This document shows positions 1 to 11,141 of a stretch of 38,941 bases of DNA, one piece after another. Under the pieces are notes generated by a model. It saw only the letters and a list, made by a program, of their open reading frames with translations, was not told where the DNA came from and made no database searches. The position numbers and the translations under genes were made by a program. The stretch's first letter is position 1; each line of letters starts with the position of its first letter. Origin of the DNA: Chiloscyllium plagiosum (taxonomy: Eukaryota); the NCBI RefSeq assembly GCF_004010195.1, contig NW_025215103.1, positions 24,819 to 63,759 of the forward strand, written 5' to 3'.

Positions 1-270
1 TCAGTCCTTGCCTTTCCAAATACATGTACATCCTGTCCCTCAGGATTCTCTCCAACATCTTGCCCACCACCGATGTCATGCTCACCGGTCTGTTGTTCCC
101 TGCCTTTTCCATCCCAATTTGTATAATAATGGCACCACGTAAATCAGCCTCATGTCTTCCTGCATTATTCCTTCGGCTGTTGATGATAAGTACATGTCAT
201 CAAGATTCCCAGCACTTACTTCCCAAGCTTCCCACTGAGTTCTCGTGTACCCCTGATCAGTGCCCATGAA
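1..270 (-). mobile_element. CR1-clade LINE ORF2 fragment (degenerate)
   Basis: Closely resembles the CR1 copy at ~8490-8750 in this window (ccttgcctttccaaatacatgta...caccggtct...gttccctg). Confidence 0.75.
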
Positions 271-289
271 GTGCGTTGTGATTACACAT

Positions 290-510
290 CATTTGGTTCG
301 TGTATGGAACGAACGTCCTGAGAAGTGATGGGTGTGGGTAAAGTTACAACGTTTAAAAGACATTTGATTAAGTGCAAGTATAAGGGAAGGTTTGGGAAAA
401 TATGATCCAAGCACATGCAAGTGGGACTGGCTTAGATTGAGATTATCATCCGCATGGACTGTATGGGCCGATAGGTCTGTTTACAAACACTCAGTGTAAC
501 TCTCTGACTC
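290..510 (+). mobile_element. CR1/HER1-type LINE 3' end fragment
   Basis: cgtgtatggaacga...acaacgtttaaaagacatttg...gggccgataggtctgttt...ctctgactc matches the CR1 3' ends at 16370-16785 and 2690-3120. Confidence 0.7.
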
Positions 511-514
511 CAAG

Positions 515-710
515 TGTGTTTGTATGTCCAAGCATGTATCTGCGCATTTCTGTCCGCACTTGTCTATTTGTGTGCGTTTATATGTATATCTGTGTGCCCC
601 TCTGTGTGTATCTATCTCTCTGCACATGTTATGTGTCTATTTCTCTGAGTGTGTGTGTGTCTGTGTGCCTGTGACTGTCTGTGTGTTTGTGTGTGTGTGT
701 GTGTGTTTGT
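515..710. repeat. Imperfect (TG)n microsatellite / TG-rich low-complexity tract
   Basis: Directly visible TG dinucleotide runs. Confidence 0.9.
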
Positions 711-1289
711 TGATGATGCTGTGAGCTGCTGCCCTCCCTCTGTCCCTCGTAAACTGAATCTCTGATGATTTTTACCCTCCACTCCAAGCTGTACAGTGCT
801 GGGGGGAGACGAGCAGAGACTGACAGCAAAATAAAGCTCAGCAGGTCTGGCAGCATCTGTGGACAGAAATGAAAGTTAACGTTTTAGGTCGAGTGACCCT
901 TCCTCAGAACTCGTGTCAGGTGGATATTACATCACTGTAAGCACCATAGTGACTGCCAGACTCGTCCCACGCAGACACACACAGATATACACACACACAC
1001 TGATACAGAGATTTAGAGAAACTCATTAATACGCAGAAACTAATACAGACATGGAATGTCTGTCGGTATTTCTCTTGCTCCAGGGTGACCTTGTCAGCAT
1101 TTCACTTGCTTTGTCTGGTGGGTGTCAGTATTTAAGTCTGTCCTCAGGGAGTGTGTGAATAGTGCACTTCCTCACAATAGTGAGTGAATCGGTATTTCTG
1201 TGTGGTGTGTGACTGTAGGACAATTTCAAAATATGCAGATACTAAACCTGGAAGAATTATAATGTTTGTGATGGACAGTGTGGAACTCC

Positions 1290-1576
1290 AACAGGACAGT
1301 GACACATTGGTGTAGTTTTCAGGTTTATGGCAGATGAGGATTAATGCAGAGCAGTGTGAGGTGATGCACTTCGGTAGGAAGGACATTGAAATACAGTATA
1401 AAACAGGCTGTAAGGTTAGCAGTGGTGGACTCTCCCTCTTTATAGGCACTTAGGCGGGCATTGGATAGGTATATGGAGGATAGTGGGTTAGTATAGGTTA
1501 GGTGGGCTTTGATCGGCGCAACATCGAGGGCCAAAGGGCCTGTACTGCGCTGTATTCTTCTATGTTCTATGTTCTA
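1290..1576 (+). mobile_element. CR1-clade LINE, internally deleted 3' fragment
   Basis: tggcagatgagg...aatgcagagcagtgtgaggtgatgcacttcggtagg (WQM.FN..KCEVMHFG-like) followed by a 3' UTR ending in a (TATGTTC)n tail. Confidence 0.7.
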
Positions 1577-1577
1577 A

Positions 1578-2160
1578 TTATACCAGCCTCGACCACTTAC
1601 TCTGGCAGCTCATTCCATACACACAACACCCTCTGTGTGAGAAAGGTGCCTTTAAAGTTCCTTTTAAATATTTCCCCTCTCACCGCAGACCTATGACCTC
1701 TAGTTTTGGACTCCACTACTCTGGGGAAAAGAGTTTGGCTATTCACCCTATCCATGCTTCTTATAAACTTCTGGAAAGTCACCCCTCAGCCCCCAATGAT
1801 CCAGAGAAAACAGCCCAGCCTATTCAGCCTCTCCATATAGATCAAACCCTCCACCTCTGGCAATAGCCTTGTAAATCTTTTTCAAATCTTTACAAAGGTT
1901 CGTAACACTTTTCCTGTAGCAGAGAAACCAGAACCGAATGCAGTATTCCAAAAGTGGCCTAATCAATGTCCTGTCCAGCCGCAACATGACCACCCTACAT
2001 CTGTATTGAAATTCACTGACCTATAAAAGCTAATATACCAAACACCTTCTTTGCTATCCTGCCTACCTGCGACTCCACTATGAACCAGCACTCCATGGTA
2101 TGTTTATTCAACAACACTCTCCATCAAATGTGTAGATCCTGCCATGATCTGCCTTTCCAA
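1578..2160 (-). mobile_element. CR1-clade LINE 3' region fragment
   Basis: ORF 1597-1782 (-) reads MDRVNSQTLFPRVVESKTRGH...FLTQRVLCVWNELPE, the CR1 ORF2 C-terminus; a YCIRFWF-like motif lies upstream. Confidence 0.85.
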
Positions 2161-2253
2161 AATCTATATTTCGAAATGGGGTTAAGAAACGTATAAGCCG
2201 TGATTGAATGGTGGAGCAGATCTGATGGACGAAATGGCTTAATTTCTGCACCT

Positions 2254-2566
2254 ATTAGATTAAATTACTTACAGTGTGGAAACAGGCCCTTTGGCCCAAC
2301 AAGTCCACACCGACACGCCGAAGCGCAACTCGCCCATACCCCTACATTTACTCCTTACCTAACAATACGGGGTATTTAGCATGGCCAATTCAACTGACCT
2401 GCACATCTTTGGACTGTGGGAGGAAACCGGAGCACCCGGAGGAAACCCACGCAGACACGGGGAGAACGTGCAAACTCCACACAGTCAGTCGCCTGAGGCG
2501 GGAATTGAACCCGGGTCGCTGGCGCAGTGAGGCCGCAGTGCTAACCACTGTGCCACCGTGCCACCC
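2254..2566 (-). mobile_element. HE1-type tRNA-derived V-SINE, full length
   Basis: Reverse complement starts GGGTGGCACGGTGGCACAGTGGTTAGCACTGC, has a B box GGTTCAATTCC, the V-domain GTCTGCGTGGGTTTCCTCCGGGTGCTCCGGTTTCCTCCCACAGTCCAAAGATGTGC, and a CR1-like tail ending TAATCTAAT. Near-identical to the copies at 12285 and 14118. Confidence 0.92.
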
Positions 2567-2689
2567 ACACCTATGTTGTATGGTCTCTTGCTGTCCTGGA
2601 CACAGTGAGAAAATTGGAAGCAGGAACAGGTCATTTGCCTTTCCAGCTGGCACCAGCATTGAACAGTTCATAACTGGATATAAATATAC

Positions 2690-3120
2690 CTGCATCTAGA
2701 TGGATAGGCTGGGACTTTTTTCACTGGAGCATCGGAGGTTGAGAGGTGACCTTAGAGAGGATTATAAAATCATGAGAGGTACAGATGAGGTGAACAGCAG
2801 GTATTCTTACCCTAGTGTGGGTGGTTCAAGATGAGGGAGCAAATTTTGAAGGTGAAGAAAGAAATATTTTAAAAAGACATGAGGGGCACCTTTTGTTAAA
2901 GATTAAAAGTAGTTCGTGTGAGGAATCAATGTCCAGAAGAGTTGCTGGATGCAGGTACAGTTACAATGTTTAAAAGACATTTGGATAAGTACATGAATAG
3001 GAAAGGTTCAGAGGGATATAGACCAATCATTGGCAGGTGGGACCAGTTTAGTTTCAGAACACCGCCAGCATGGACTAGTTCGACCGAATGGTCTGTTTCT
3101 GGGCGGTATGACTCTGTAAC
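2690..3120 (+). mobile_element. CR1/HER1-type LINE 3' end
   Basis: LGLFSLE..RLRGDL..DYKIMRG...FKRHLDKYMNRKG motif followed by the 3' UTR ending tatgactct. Confidence 0.85.
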
Positions 3121-3369
3121 TGTTCTGTGCTGGTTTTAAAACCATTTTCTTGCCTTCTCCCATAACTTCTTTGTTCTTCAAAGTCACATGAACTCAGCCT
3201 TGAATACGTTCAATAACCGATCTAACTGCAGGAAGACATCCCTACTTCTGAACTCAATTCCTCTTGCTGATATACCACTTGCTTTGTTCATTGCTTGCTG
3301 CACCTTTCTGACAACTGGCAGTGACTGGTGTTGAAGGACACTGAGGCCCCTTTGTCTCTCCACACATCA

Positions 3370-3480
3370 CTCCTGATGAAGGGCTCGTGCCCGAAACGTG
3401 GACTCTCCTCCTCCTCAGTTGCTGCCTGACCGACTGTGGTTTTCCAGCGCCATAATATTCAACTCTGATCTCCAGCATCT
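3370..3480 (-). repeat. Short Penelope-terminal-derived interspersed repeat
   Basis: Reverse complement of the family at 4507-4630 (gatgctggagatcagagt...gctggaaaa...cgtttcgggcac...cccttcatcagga). Confidence 0.65.
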
Positions 3481-3819
3481 CACTTGCGCCACATCTCAAC
3501 ATATCACCATTTAAACAATGCACCTCCTTTCTGCTATTTTTTTAAACTGCAAAGGCTATAACTTCACATTATGGTACTGCATTTTCCATGTGTTTGCAAG
3601 TTGACACGCAGACCTGGATCAAATTTTCCAGAGTCTGGCCGCCCCCTCGGTTCCCTCTTGAACCCCAGAATGAAAACGTGGTGAGAAAAACACTATGTAC
3701 TCAAAAATGTTAGACAGAGGAAGGAAGTTACAGTCTGGGGTGAAGTTTAACCTTATGCAGAGAAAAAAAAACAACAGCAGCTTCAGAGTTCATGGTCCAA
3801 CCTCAGCATTTCCACAATG

Positions 3820-3980
3820 GCCGGCTCTGATTGGCAGGAGGACCAGACTCCTTCTGGTCCTCCAAGGTTCTACAATGCTCCATGGAAAGCCGCTCGCCCG
3901 CCGTTTCTGCGGACACCCACGAGTATGCGCACTGGCGGTCATGCGCAGTACTAGCTGACACCGCGGAGCATGCTCAGTGT
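3820..3980. promoter_or_regulatory. Promoter-like CpG-rich motif cluster (CCAAT box plus three GCATGCGC-like NRF1-type motifs)
   Basis: ATTGG at 3830-3834; gagtatgcgcact 3921-3933, catgcgcagt 3940-3949, gagcatgctcagt 3966-3978. Function is inferred only. Confidence 0.35.
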
Positions 3981-4002
3981 GTAGGAATTGTTACAAATTT
4001 TC

Positions 4003-4238
4003 AAGTTAAAAATCACAAAGCACCTGGTGATAGTCCAACAGACTTATTTGGAAGCACTTGCTTTCGGAGCCCTGCTCCTTCATCAGCTGATTGTAGAGTA
4101 TAACATCATAAGACACAGAATTTATGATCTTACGATCTTATATTCCACAACCACCTGATAAAGTTGCAGCGCTCCGAAAGCTCGTGCTTCCAAACAAGCC
4201 TATTGGACTGTAACCTGGTGTTGTGTGATTTTTAACTT
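4003..4238. repeat. ~100 bp inverted repeat pair, probably Penelope pseudo-LTR derived
   Basis: 4003-4103 (aagttaaaaatcaca...ctttcggagc...catcag) is the imperfect reverse complement of 4138-4238. The same family occurs at 9779-9835. Confidence 0.8.
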
Positions 4239-4506
4239 CGTACACCTTAGTCCAACACGGGCACCTCCCGATCATGACAAATATTAAGCGTCCAAATGCG
4301 AATACGAGAGAAAAATGCCGAGACGATTTTTTTCCCCTGTGCCTCGACATTTTATTTCTTTTGCATTATGTTTGGCTGCTCAACGTTTCTGTCTTTTCCC
4401 CTGGATAGAGGTATTCCAAAACTAGAGGGTAAAGGTTTAGGGTGTGGGGGAAAGATTTTAAAAGATCTAAAAGACTAGGAATAGAACATTCACCCCTTCC
4501 TGGGGG

Positions 4507-4630
4507 AAAGTGAGGACTGCAGATGCTGCAGATTAGGGTCGAGAGTGTGGTGCTGGAAAAGCACAGCAGGTCAGGCAGCATCCGAGGAGCAGGAGACTCG
4601 ACGTTTCGGGCAAAACCCTTCGTCAGGAAA
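4507..4630 (+). repeat. Short Penelope-terminal-derived interspersed repeat
   Basis: aaagtgaggactgcagatgctg...gtgctggaaaagcacagcaggtcaggcagcatccgaggagcaggag...cgtttcgggcaaaacccttc. Further copies at 5321-5433, 25160-25268, 28460-28583(-), 31460-31580 and 36245-36320(-). The 28460 copy is contiguous with a GIY-YIG Penelope fragment. Confidence 0.7.
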
Positions 4631-5320
4631 TAGCCATAGGGAACTGCAGGGCTGGAACGTAAACAAGGGAGTCGAAGTGGGATGCTGTTGGGAAGGTCCG
4701 TGTGAATGGCCTGAAAGGAATGATATGGTTTCACTGCCTTAGCCACGCGTATTTTGAGAAATGTGGGAGGAGTGGGTCCCAGTTGGTGGGACATTGACAC
4801 GAGTCCTGGAGAAGGTGGCATTTGTGCTGTCTCTCTCTTCACATTCTGCCCCCTGTATATTTTCTCACCATCCACTGCCCCCTGCCCATTCTCTCTCCTC
4901 ACACTGCACCCTCTATTCTCTCCCCCAACCCTCTGAACTCCTGTCCATTTCCCTCCCTTCGCCACCACCATCAGCGACCCCCTCAACCCCCCCACCCCCA
5001 CAATCGTCCTTTCTCGTGCCTCAGCCCTCTTTGATCGCTGTATGAAGTCTTTCTCAGGGAAGAGAGAGAATGGAGGGTGATGACTTTACCTGGGAAACAC
5101 GGCATGTGAGAAATAGCTGATTTTTAAAATTGAGAATAACTGAAACCATGTATTCAGAAACTTCGTTAAAGTCGGGAAGAATGTTATTTTTTTTCAAGAA
5201 AAAAGCTGCATAAATCTTTCTGAAACTTGCATTGATGTATGTGCAGTTCGGCTACAACAAAGGACAGGCTGTCAGGAGTGAATGAGTGAATAAAAGACAA
5301 GTCCAACCTTGCCCTCGAGG

Positions 5321-5433
5321 AGAAAGTGAAAAATGCAGATGCTGGAGATCAGAGTCGAGAGTGTGGTGTTGGAAAAGCACAGCATGTCCTGCAGCATCCA
5401 AGGAGCAGGAGAATCGACGTTTCGTGCATAAGC
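5321..5433 (+). repeat. Short Penelope-terminal-derived interspersed repeat
   Basis: Near copy of 4507-4630, located just 3' of the zinc-finger stop codon. Confidence 0.7.
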
Positions 5434-5457
5434 ACATGGCACTCGGCCACCGCTCCT

Positions 5458-5810
5458 TCAATCCCCCTGTGATGGCGCGTGAACTCGCTGGTGCCTCCGC
5501 AGGTGGGAGGAGCAGGTGAATGCCTTGCGGCACACACAGCAGGTGAATGGCCTCTCTCCAGGGTGGAGCCGCTGGTGGGTCAGCAGTGCAGCTGACTGAG
5601 TGAAACCCCTCCCGTACGTGGTGCACGTGAATGGCTTCTCTCGCTTGTGGACTCACTCATGCGTCTGCAGATGGCAGATCCGACGGAAGCCTTTCCTACA
5701 CACTGAGCAGGTGAATGGCCTCTCCCGGTGTGAATGCGTCTGTGGGTTTCCAGCAGGGATGGGGAAGGGAATCCATTCCCACAGACCCCACATTTCCAAG
5801 GTTTCCCCTT
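5458..5810 (-). pseudogene. C2H2 (Kruppel-type) zinc-finger pseudogene, 4 fingers
   Basis: Reconstructed reading: [120 protein letters not shown] linkers are present. Lesions: 1-nt deletion at ~5724-5726, in-frame TGA at 5653-5655, and Cys->Tyr in finger 3. Confidence 0.9.
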
Positions 5811-6033
5811 TGGAGGGAGCTTTCCTTGTGTTGCTCTGGGATTGAAATTACAAACAGAACGGGTACATAGCCTTTCCCACCTTGAGGGATGAGACTTTGA
5901 TTCCTCCAAGCTGAGTAAATGGTTTGAAGCACTTTTCACAGTCTTTTCACTGAATCTCCCTCACTCGGTGTCTCAGTATTCTTCCTGCCACAGGACTGTC
6001 CAAAATCTCTCAAACAAACAAAAGCAAACATGC

Positions 6034-6600
6034 CTTTTTTTACAGATATTTTTATTAGAAATTTAACATTTTTACAAGTTTACAAAAATAAACAAAACTC
6101 TCAGATATAAACATTGATATACAATTAGCTCAAATATACAATAGCCAAAATTTAACAAAACAAAACAAAAAAAACCCGAAAAAGAAGACGAAAAACAAAC
6201 AAAACTCAACTATCTACTAATCTAACCTCCAACTAACCAGAGTGTATTATTAAGTCTCTTACATGCTCGGAATGTGTTAACATCAGATGTAATAAAACCC
6301 GTATTCGTGCGGGATTCCTCCTCCGAGGGGCCCCGGACCAGCCAGGTTTGTAATCTCAATTAAGTAAAAGCCCTTGTTAGGATAGCCGAAATATCTGTAT
6401 TTATGTAATTCAAGAAGTGCTGCCATATTTTATAAAATAATTCGGTCTTTCGGTGCACCATATTTGTAAAGAAGTCAAGGGGAATACATTCCATAATTAA
6501 TCTGTGCCAATTTGAAAGTCCAGGGTGGCCCTCAGCTGCCCAGTTCACCAAAATATTTTTCCTTGCACAGAAAGAAAGAATAGAAAATAGTCTCTTCCAG
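6034..6600 (-). mobile_element. L1-clade LINE 3' end (ORF2 C-terminus, 3' UTR, poly-A)
   Basis: Minus strand reads ...FCARKNILVNWAAEGHPGLSNWHRLIMECIPLDFF...FYKIWQHFLNYIN...*, resembling the C-terminus of fish L1 ORF2. It is followed by a T-rich 3' UTR, AATAAA (6051-6056) and an A tail (6034-6041). Confidence 0.75.
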
Positions 6601-6609
6601 TACGATCCA

Positions 6610-6775
6610 AATGTACTGTCTAAACCTGTCGGTCAATTCCTAAGCATCTGTATCCCTCTACTCCCCACCCATTCATGCATTTACCCAGACGCATCTTTAA
6701 TGAATCGACCGTGCCTGCCTCTACCACCTCTGCTGGCAACGCGTTCCAAACGCCCACCACCCTCTGTGTGAAGTA
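6610..6775 (-). mobile_element. CR1-clade LINE 3' end fragment
   Basis: YFTQRVVGVWNALPAEVVEAGT in ORF 6620-6820 (-). Confidence 0.85.
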
Positions 6776-6932
6776 AAACGCGTTTTCGCTTTGAATAAGT
6801 GCTGCCCTTGCCGCGTTCATTGTAACGGGAGCTCTGCCCCATCCCTGATTCAGGCAGTCGGATCTCGTTTAATGAAGCTGCTTTTTGAGAGTACTGACTG
6901 GCCGTTTTAGCACAAGGCAGTATAAGCAACCA

Positions 6933-7022
6933 GGGATCGTCGGGGATTTGAATCCAGGATGTCTCGCATGCCCAGGCACCAGAAGGCCCGAAGTGAGAAT
7001 CATACCGCTTGACCAACGAGCC
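6933..7022 (-). tRNA. Intron-containing tRNA-Pro(CGG), probably a pseudogene; 18-nt intron at 6969-6986
   Basis: GGCTCGTTGGTCAAGCGGTATGATTCTCACTT-CGG-G [CCTTCTGGTGCCTGGGCA] TGCGAGACATCCTGGATTCAAATCCCCGACGATCCC. The 36+36 nt exons align to vertebrate tRNA-Pro. It has mismatches in the anticodon, T and acceptor stems, a B-box G->A change, and no nearby TTTT. Confidence 0.85.
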
Positions 7023-7554
7023 ACAGCCAGGGACCCTACATTTTTTGAGCAATGTGCCAATCCCTTAAATGCTGCTCAGTTCCTTGAGAATCTAACCTTT
7101 TCGTTGTGAACATGAGGAAAGGAGCAATCCTTTTCTCGGGTGCAAACTGTGTACGTGCCAAACTGAGGGAATACGCAAGCAAAATAGCTTTAAGAGAGAT
7201 AGAAAGTATTTGAGCACCTTTGGAGTGTCTACTCCCTCCCTGTATTCACTCCAGTTGCTACAAGTGAACAGTGTTTCATCCACCCCTACCTCCCCTTCCC
7301 CCTCGCTGCTGGAGGATGGTATATGGAAAGGGGGAGACATTGCTTGGTTCCCAGATGATGCCCAGAGGGAGGGAGTTTCATTCAGAAACTGACAGGGCTG
7401 CATCCGTATTGTGACGTCAACAATGGAGGGCGGGCCGGACAGCTGCCCTGCAGTTGAGGCACGTGTGGAGGTGAGGAAACTTTGCAAATCCCATTCTCCT
7501 CCAAGTCTATGCAGTTTGAGTTCAAGCAAAGCAAGGGGTTTAAATATACTTTTG

Positions 7555-8846
7555 AAGCCCAGATATCCTCACCTAATCTAGTCCTATTTGCCAGCACTTG
7601 GCCCAAATCCACATAAAACCTTCCTACCCTCCAACCTCCAACCCTGGCAACATCCCTGTAAATCTTTTCTGCACCTTTTCTAGTTTCAAAACATGTTTCC
7701 GATAGGAAGCAGACCAAAATTACATGCAATATTCCAAACGTGGCCTGACCAATGTTCTGTACAGTGACAACATGAGCTCCCAACATCTATCCTCGATGCT
7801 CTGACCAACAAAGGAAAGCACACGAAACGCCTTCTTTACTATCCAATCTGCCTGTGTCTCTACTTTTAAGGAACTATCAACCTGAACTCCAAGGTCTCTT
7901 TGTTCAGCAACACTTCCAATGAACTTACCATTAAGTGTAAAAGTCCTGCTCTGATTTGTTTTTCCAAAATGCAGCACCTCATATTTATCTACATTAACCT
8001 CCAACTGCCATTCCTCAGCCCATTGGTCCAACTGATCAAGGTCCAGTTGTGATCTGAGGTAACCTTCTTTACTGTCCACTACACCTCCAATTTTGGTGTC
8101 ATCCACAAACTTGCTAACTATACCTCCTCCGTTTACATACAAATCATTTATATAAATGACAGAAAGTAGCGGACCCAGCATCAATCCTTGTGACACACCA
8201 TTGGTCACAGGCCTTCAGTCTGAAAAGCAACCCTCCATCACCACCCTCTGTCTTCTGCCTTCTAGCCAGTTCTGTATCCAAATGACTAGTTGTGCCTGCA
8301 TGCCATGAGATTAAATCTTGCTCACCAGTCTCCCATGAGGAACCTTGATGAACGCCTTCCTGAAGTCCACATAGATCACGTCCATCGCTCTGCCGTCATC
8401 AATCCACTTTGTTACTTCTTCAAAAAACTCAATCATGTTCATGAGACATGATTTCCCAAGCATAAAGCCATGCTGACTATCCCGAATCAATCCTTGCCTT
8501 TCCAAATACATGTAAATCCCTTCTCTTTGGATTCTCTCCAAAAACTTGCCCATCATGGATGTCAGGTTCACCGGTCTATCGTTCCCTGGCTTTTCCTTAT
8601 CACCTTTCTTAAATAGAGGCACCACGTTAGCCACCCTCTCGCCTTCTGGCACCTCACCTGTGACTATTAATGATACAAATATCTCAGTAAGAGGCCCAGC
8701 AATCACTTCCCCAGTTTTCCATAGAGTTCTAGGGTACTCCTGATCAGGTCCTTGGGATTTATCCACTTTTATGCATATCAAGATATCCAGCAATTTCTCA
8801 TCTGTAATATGGGCATTTTTTCAACATGTCACCATCTACTTTCTCA
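7555..8846 (-). mobile_element. CR1-clade LINE ORF2 (reverse transcriptase), disrupted
   Basis: ORFs 8311-8793 and 7720-8208 (-): KSQGPD, ANVVPLFKKG, RPVNLTS, SQHGF, DVIYVDFRKAF.KVPH, GVSQGLMLGPLL..IYINDL, KFVDDTK, LVRPRLEYC. Confidence 0.95.
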
Positions 8847-9778
8847 NNNNNNNNNNNNNNNNNNNNNNNNNNNNNNNNNNNNNNNNNNNNNNNNNNNNNN
8901 NNNNNNNNNNNNNNNNNNNNNNNNNNNNNNNNNNNNNNNNNNNNNNNNNNNNNNNNNNNNNNNNNNNNNNNNNNNNNNNNNNNNNNNNNNNNNNNNNNNN
9001 NNNNNNNNNNNNNNNNNNNNNNNNNNNNNNNNNNNNNNNNNNNNNNNNNNNNNNNNNNNNNNNNNNNNNNNNNNNNNNNNNNNNNNNNNNNNNNNNNNNN
9101 NNNNNNNNNNNNNNNNNNNNNNNNNNNNNNNNNNNNNNNNNNNNNNNNNNNNNNNNNNNNNNNNNNNNNNNNNNNNNNNNNNNNNNNNNNNNNNNNNNNN
9201 NNNNNNNNNNNNNNNNNNNNNNNNNNNNNNNNNNNNNNNNNNNNNNNNNNNNNNNNNNNNNNNNNNNNNNNNNNNNNNNNNNNNNNNNNNNNNNNNNNNN
9301 NNNNNNNNNNNNNNNNNNNNNNNNNNNNNNNNNNNNNNNNNNNNNNNNNNNNNNNNNNNNNNNNNNNNNNNNNNNNNNNNNNNNNNNNNNNNNNNNNNNN
9401 NNNNNNNNNNNNNNNNNNNNNNNNNNNNNNNNNNNNNNNNNNNNNNNNNNNNNNNNNNNNNNNNNNNNNNNNNNNNNNNNNNNNNNNNNNNNNNNNNNNN
9501 NNNNNNNNNNNNNNNNNNNNNNNNNNNNNNNNNNNNNNNNNNNNNNNNNNNNNNNNNNNNNNNNNNNNNNNNNNNNNNNNNNNNNNNNNNNNNNNNNNNN
9601 NNNNNNNNNNNNNNNNNNNNNNNNNNNNNNNNNNNNNNNNNNNNNNNNNNNNNNNNNNNNNNNNNNNNNNNNNNNNNNNNNNNNNNNNNNNNNNNNNNNN
9701 NNNNNNNNNNNNNNNNNNNNNNNNNNNNNNNNNNNNNNNNNNNNNNNNNNNNNNNNNNNNNNNNNNNNNNNNNNNNNC
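8847..9778. other. Assembly gap (N run)
   Basis: Run of N. Confidence 1.
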
Positions 9779-9859
9779 CTGGTGTTGTGTGATTTTTAAC
9801 TTTGTACACCCAAGTGCAACACTGGCATCTCCGAATCAGGAATATACTGTGTCTGGACT

Positions 9860-10135
9860 CTTGTTATCTCATATTTGAATGCTTCCCATTTTCCAGCAGT
9901 CCTTTAACCTGCGAACATCTGCCCCCAATCAGCTTTTGAAAGATCTTGCCTAATACCTGAGTCTTCCTCCAATTTAGAACTTCAACTTTTAGATCTGATA
10001 TATTATTTTCAATCACTATTCTAATGTTCATAGGATCATAGTTGCTGGCCCTTAGGTTTTGCACCCTCGCCAGTATGTACATCCATATTGTGAATTAGAA
10101 AATGTCCTTGGACACACTTGACAAATTCCTGTATT
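9860..10135 (-). mobile_element. CR1 ORF2 upstream part (endonuclease/linker), likely the continuation of 7555-8846 across the gap
   Basis: ORF 9864-10082 (-): ...ASNYDPMNIRIVIE...DLKVEVLNWRK..., a CR1 endonuclease C-terminal-like region on the same strand. Confidence 0.7.
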
Positions 10136-10139
10136 TTGC

Positions 10140-10965
10140 AGATAGGTAAATGGGCAGGAGTTATACCTTGGGTCCACTCTTCCTTCATTCCCATCAACCC
10201 TAACCCCATTCCCACCCCAATAGTCTAACGGCACTTTCCCCTACAACTGCCGAATGTGTGACACCAGCCCATTTACCTGCTCCCTCCTCACTATCCAAGG
10301 GCCCAAACTTACCTTCCAGGTGAAGCAGCACTTTACCTGCACTTCCCACAACCCAGTCTACTGCATTTGCTGCTCACAATGTGGTCTCATCTACATTGGG
10401 GAAAATGAAGCATTAACTGGGTGACTGCTGCACAGAACATCTACGTTCTGCACGCAAAAAGACCCTGAGCTTCCGGTTGCCTGCCAATTCCACACCCCAC
10501 CCTGTTCCCTGGCCAACATCTCTGTCTCAGGTTTGCTGTAGTGTTCCAGCGAAGCTCAGCACCAGCAGAACGACGAGCACCGAATATTACACTTGGGGAC
10601 CATACATCCCTCTGGTCCCAATATCGAATTCAATAATTCTAGGGCCTGAAATCCATAGTATCATCGTCCCTTCCACACACACCAAGCCTTGTTATCACAT
10701 AGTCTGTCATTACACACTACCTATTCTTAGCCACGAACAGTCTTCATTCACCCTCCCACGCAGATGGTTATCAACTCCCTTTCCTGTACAACAGTTCTTC
10801 CCTCGCTTTGGGCTCTGTCCTGGTCTATCATTTACTGCATCCGCCTTCCTCCCACAATATCTCCTGCATATAAACCAACGTTTTCCCAATCACCATCAGT
10901 TCTGTGGAAGGGTCACCGGCAACTACTGTTTTTTTGTTTCTGATATACAGCATCCACAGTTCTTT
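10140..10965 (+). mobile_element. Penelope-like element, GIY-YIG endonuclease region and 3' end (degenerate)
   Basis: Reads QGPKLTFQVKQHFTCTSHNPVYCICCSQCGLIYIGE (VY..C..C...YIG motif). Confidence 0.85.
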
Positions 10966-11141
10966 CACCTTTTTAGTGAGGTCGAGTTGGAAATTGTTTC
11001 GACAGACAGAAGGAGAGGAGGGAGAGACAGAACAGACATGAACTGTTGATCTCCGTTGTTTCTCATAACGTAAAATCATTGCAGTGCGATCATTTCCCTT
11101 AAGTATGAATAGAGGTTGCAGGATGCTGGCAGCCGCTTCGT

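Noticed and set aside
2254..2566. tRNA gene in the SINE head (also at 12285, 14118 and 35010)
   Set aside because: The tRNA-like A/B boxes are the 5' part of HE1-type SINEs and are followed by the V domain and LINE-like tail.
4366..5001. 211-aa ORF
   Set aside because: It runs through a purine-rich low-complexity tract and interspersed repeats, with no recognisable protein features.
8752..9878. Long ORFs of 320-350 aa
   Set aside because: Artefacts of translating through the N gap.
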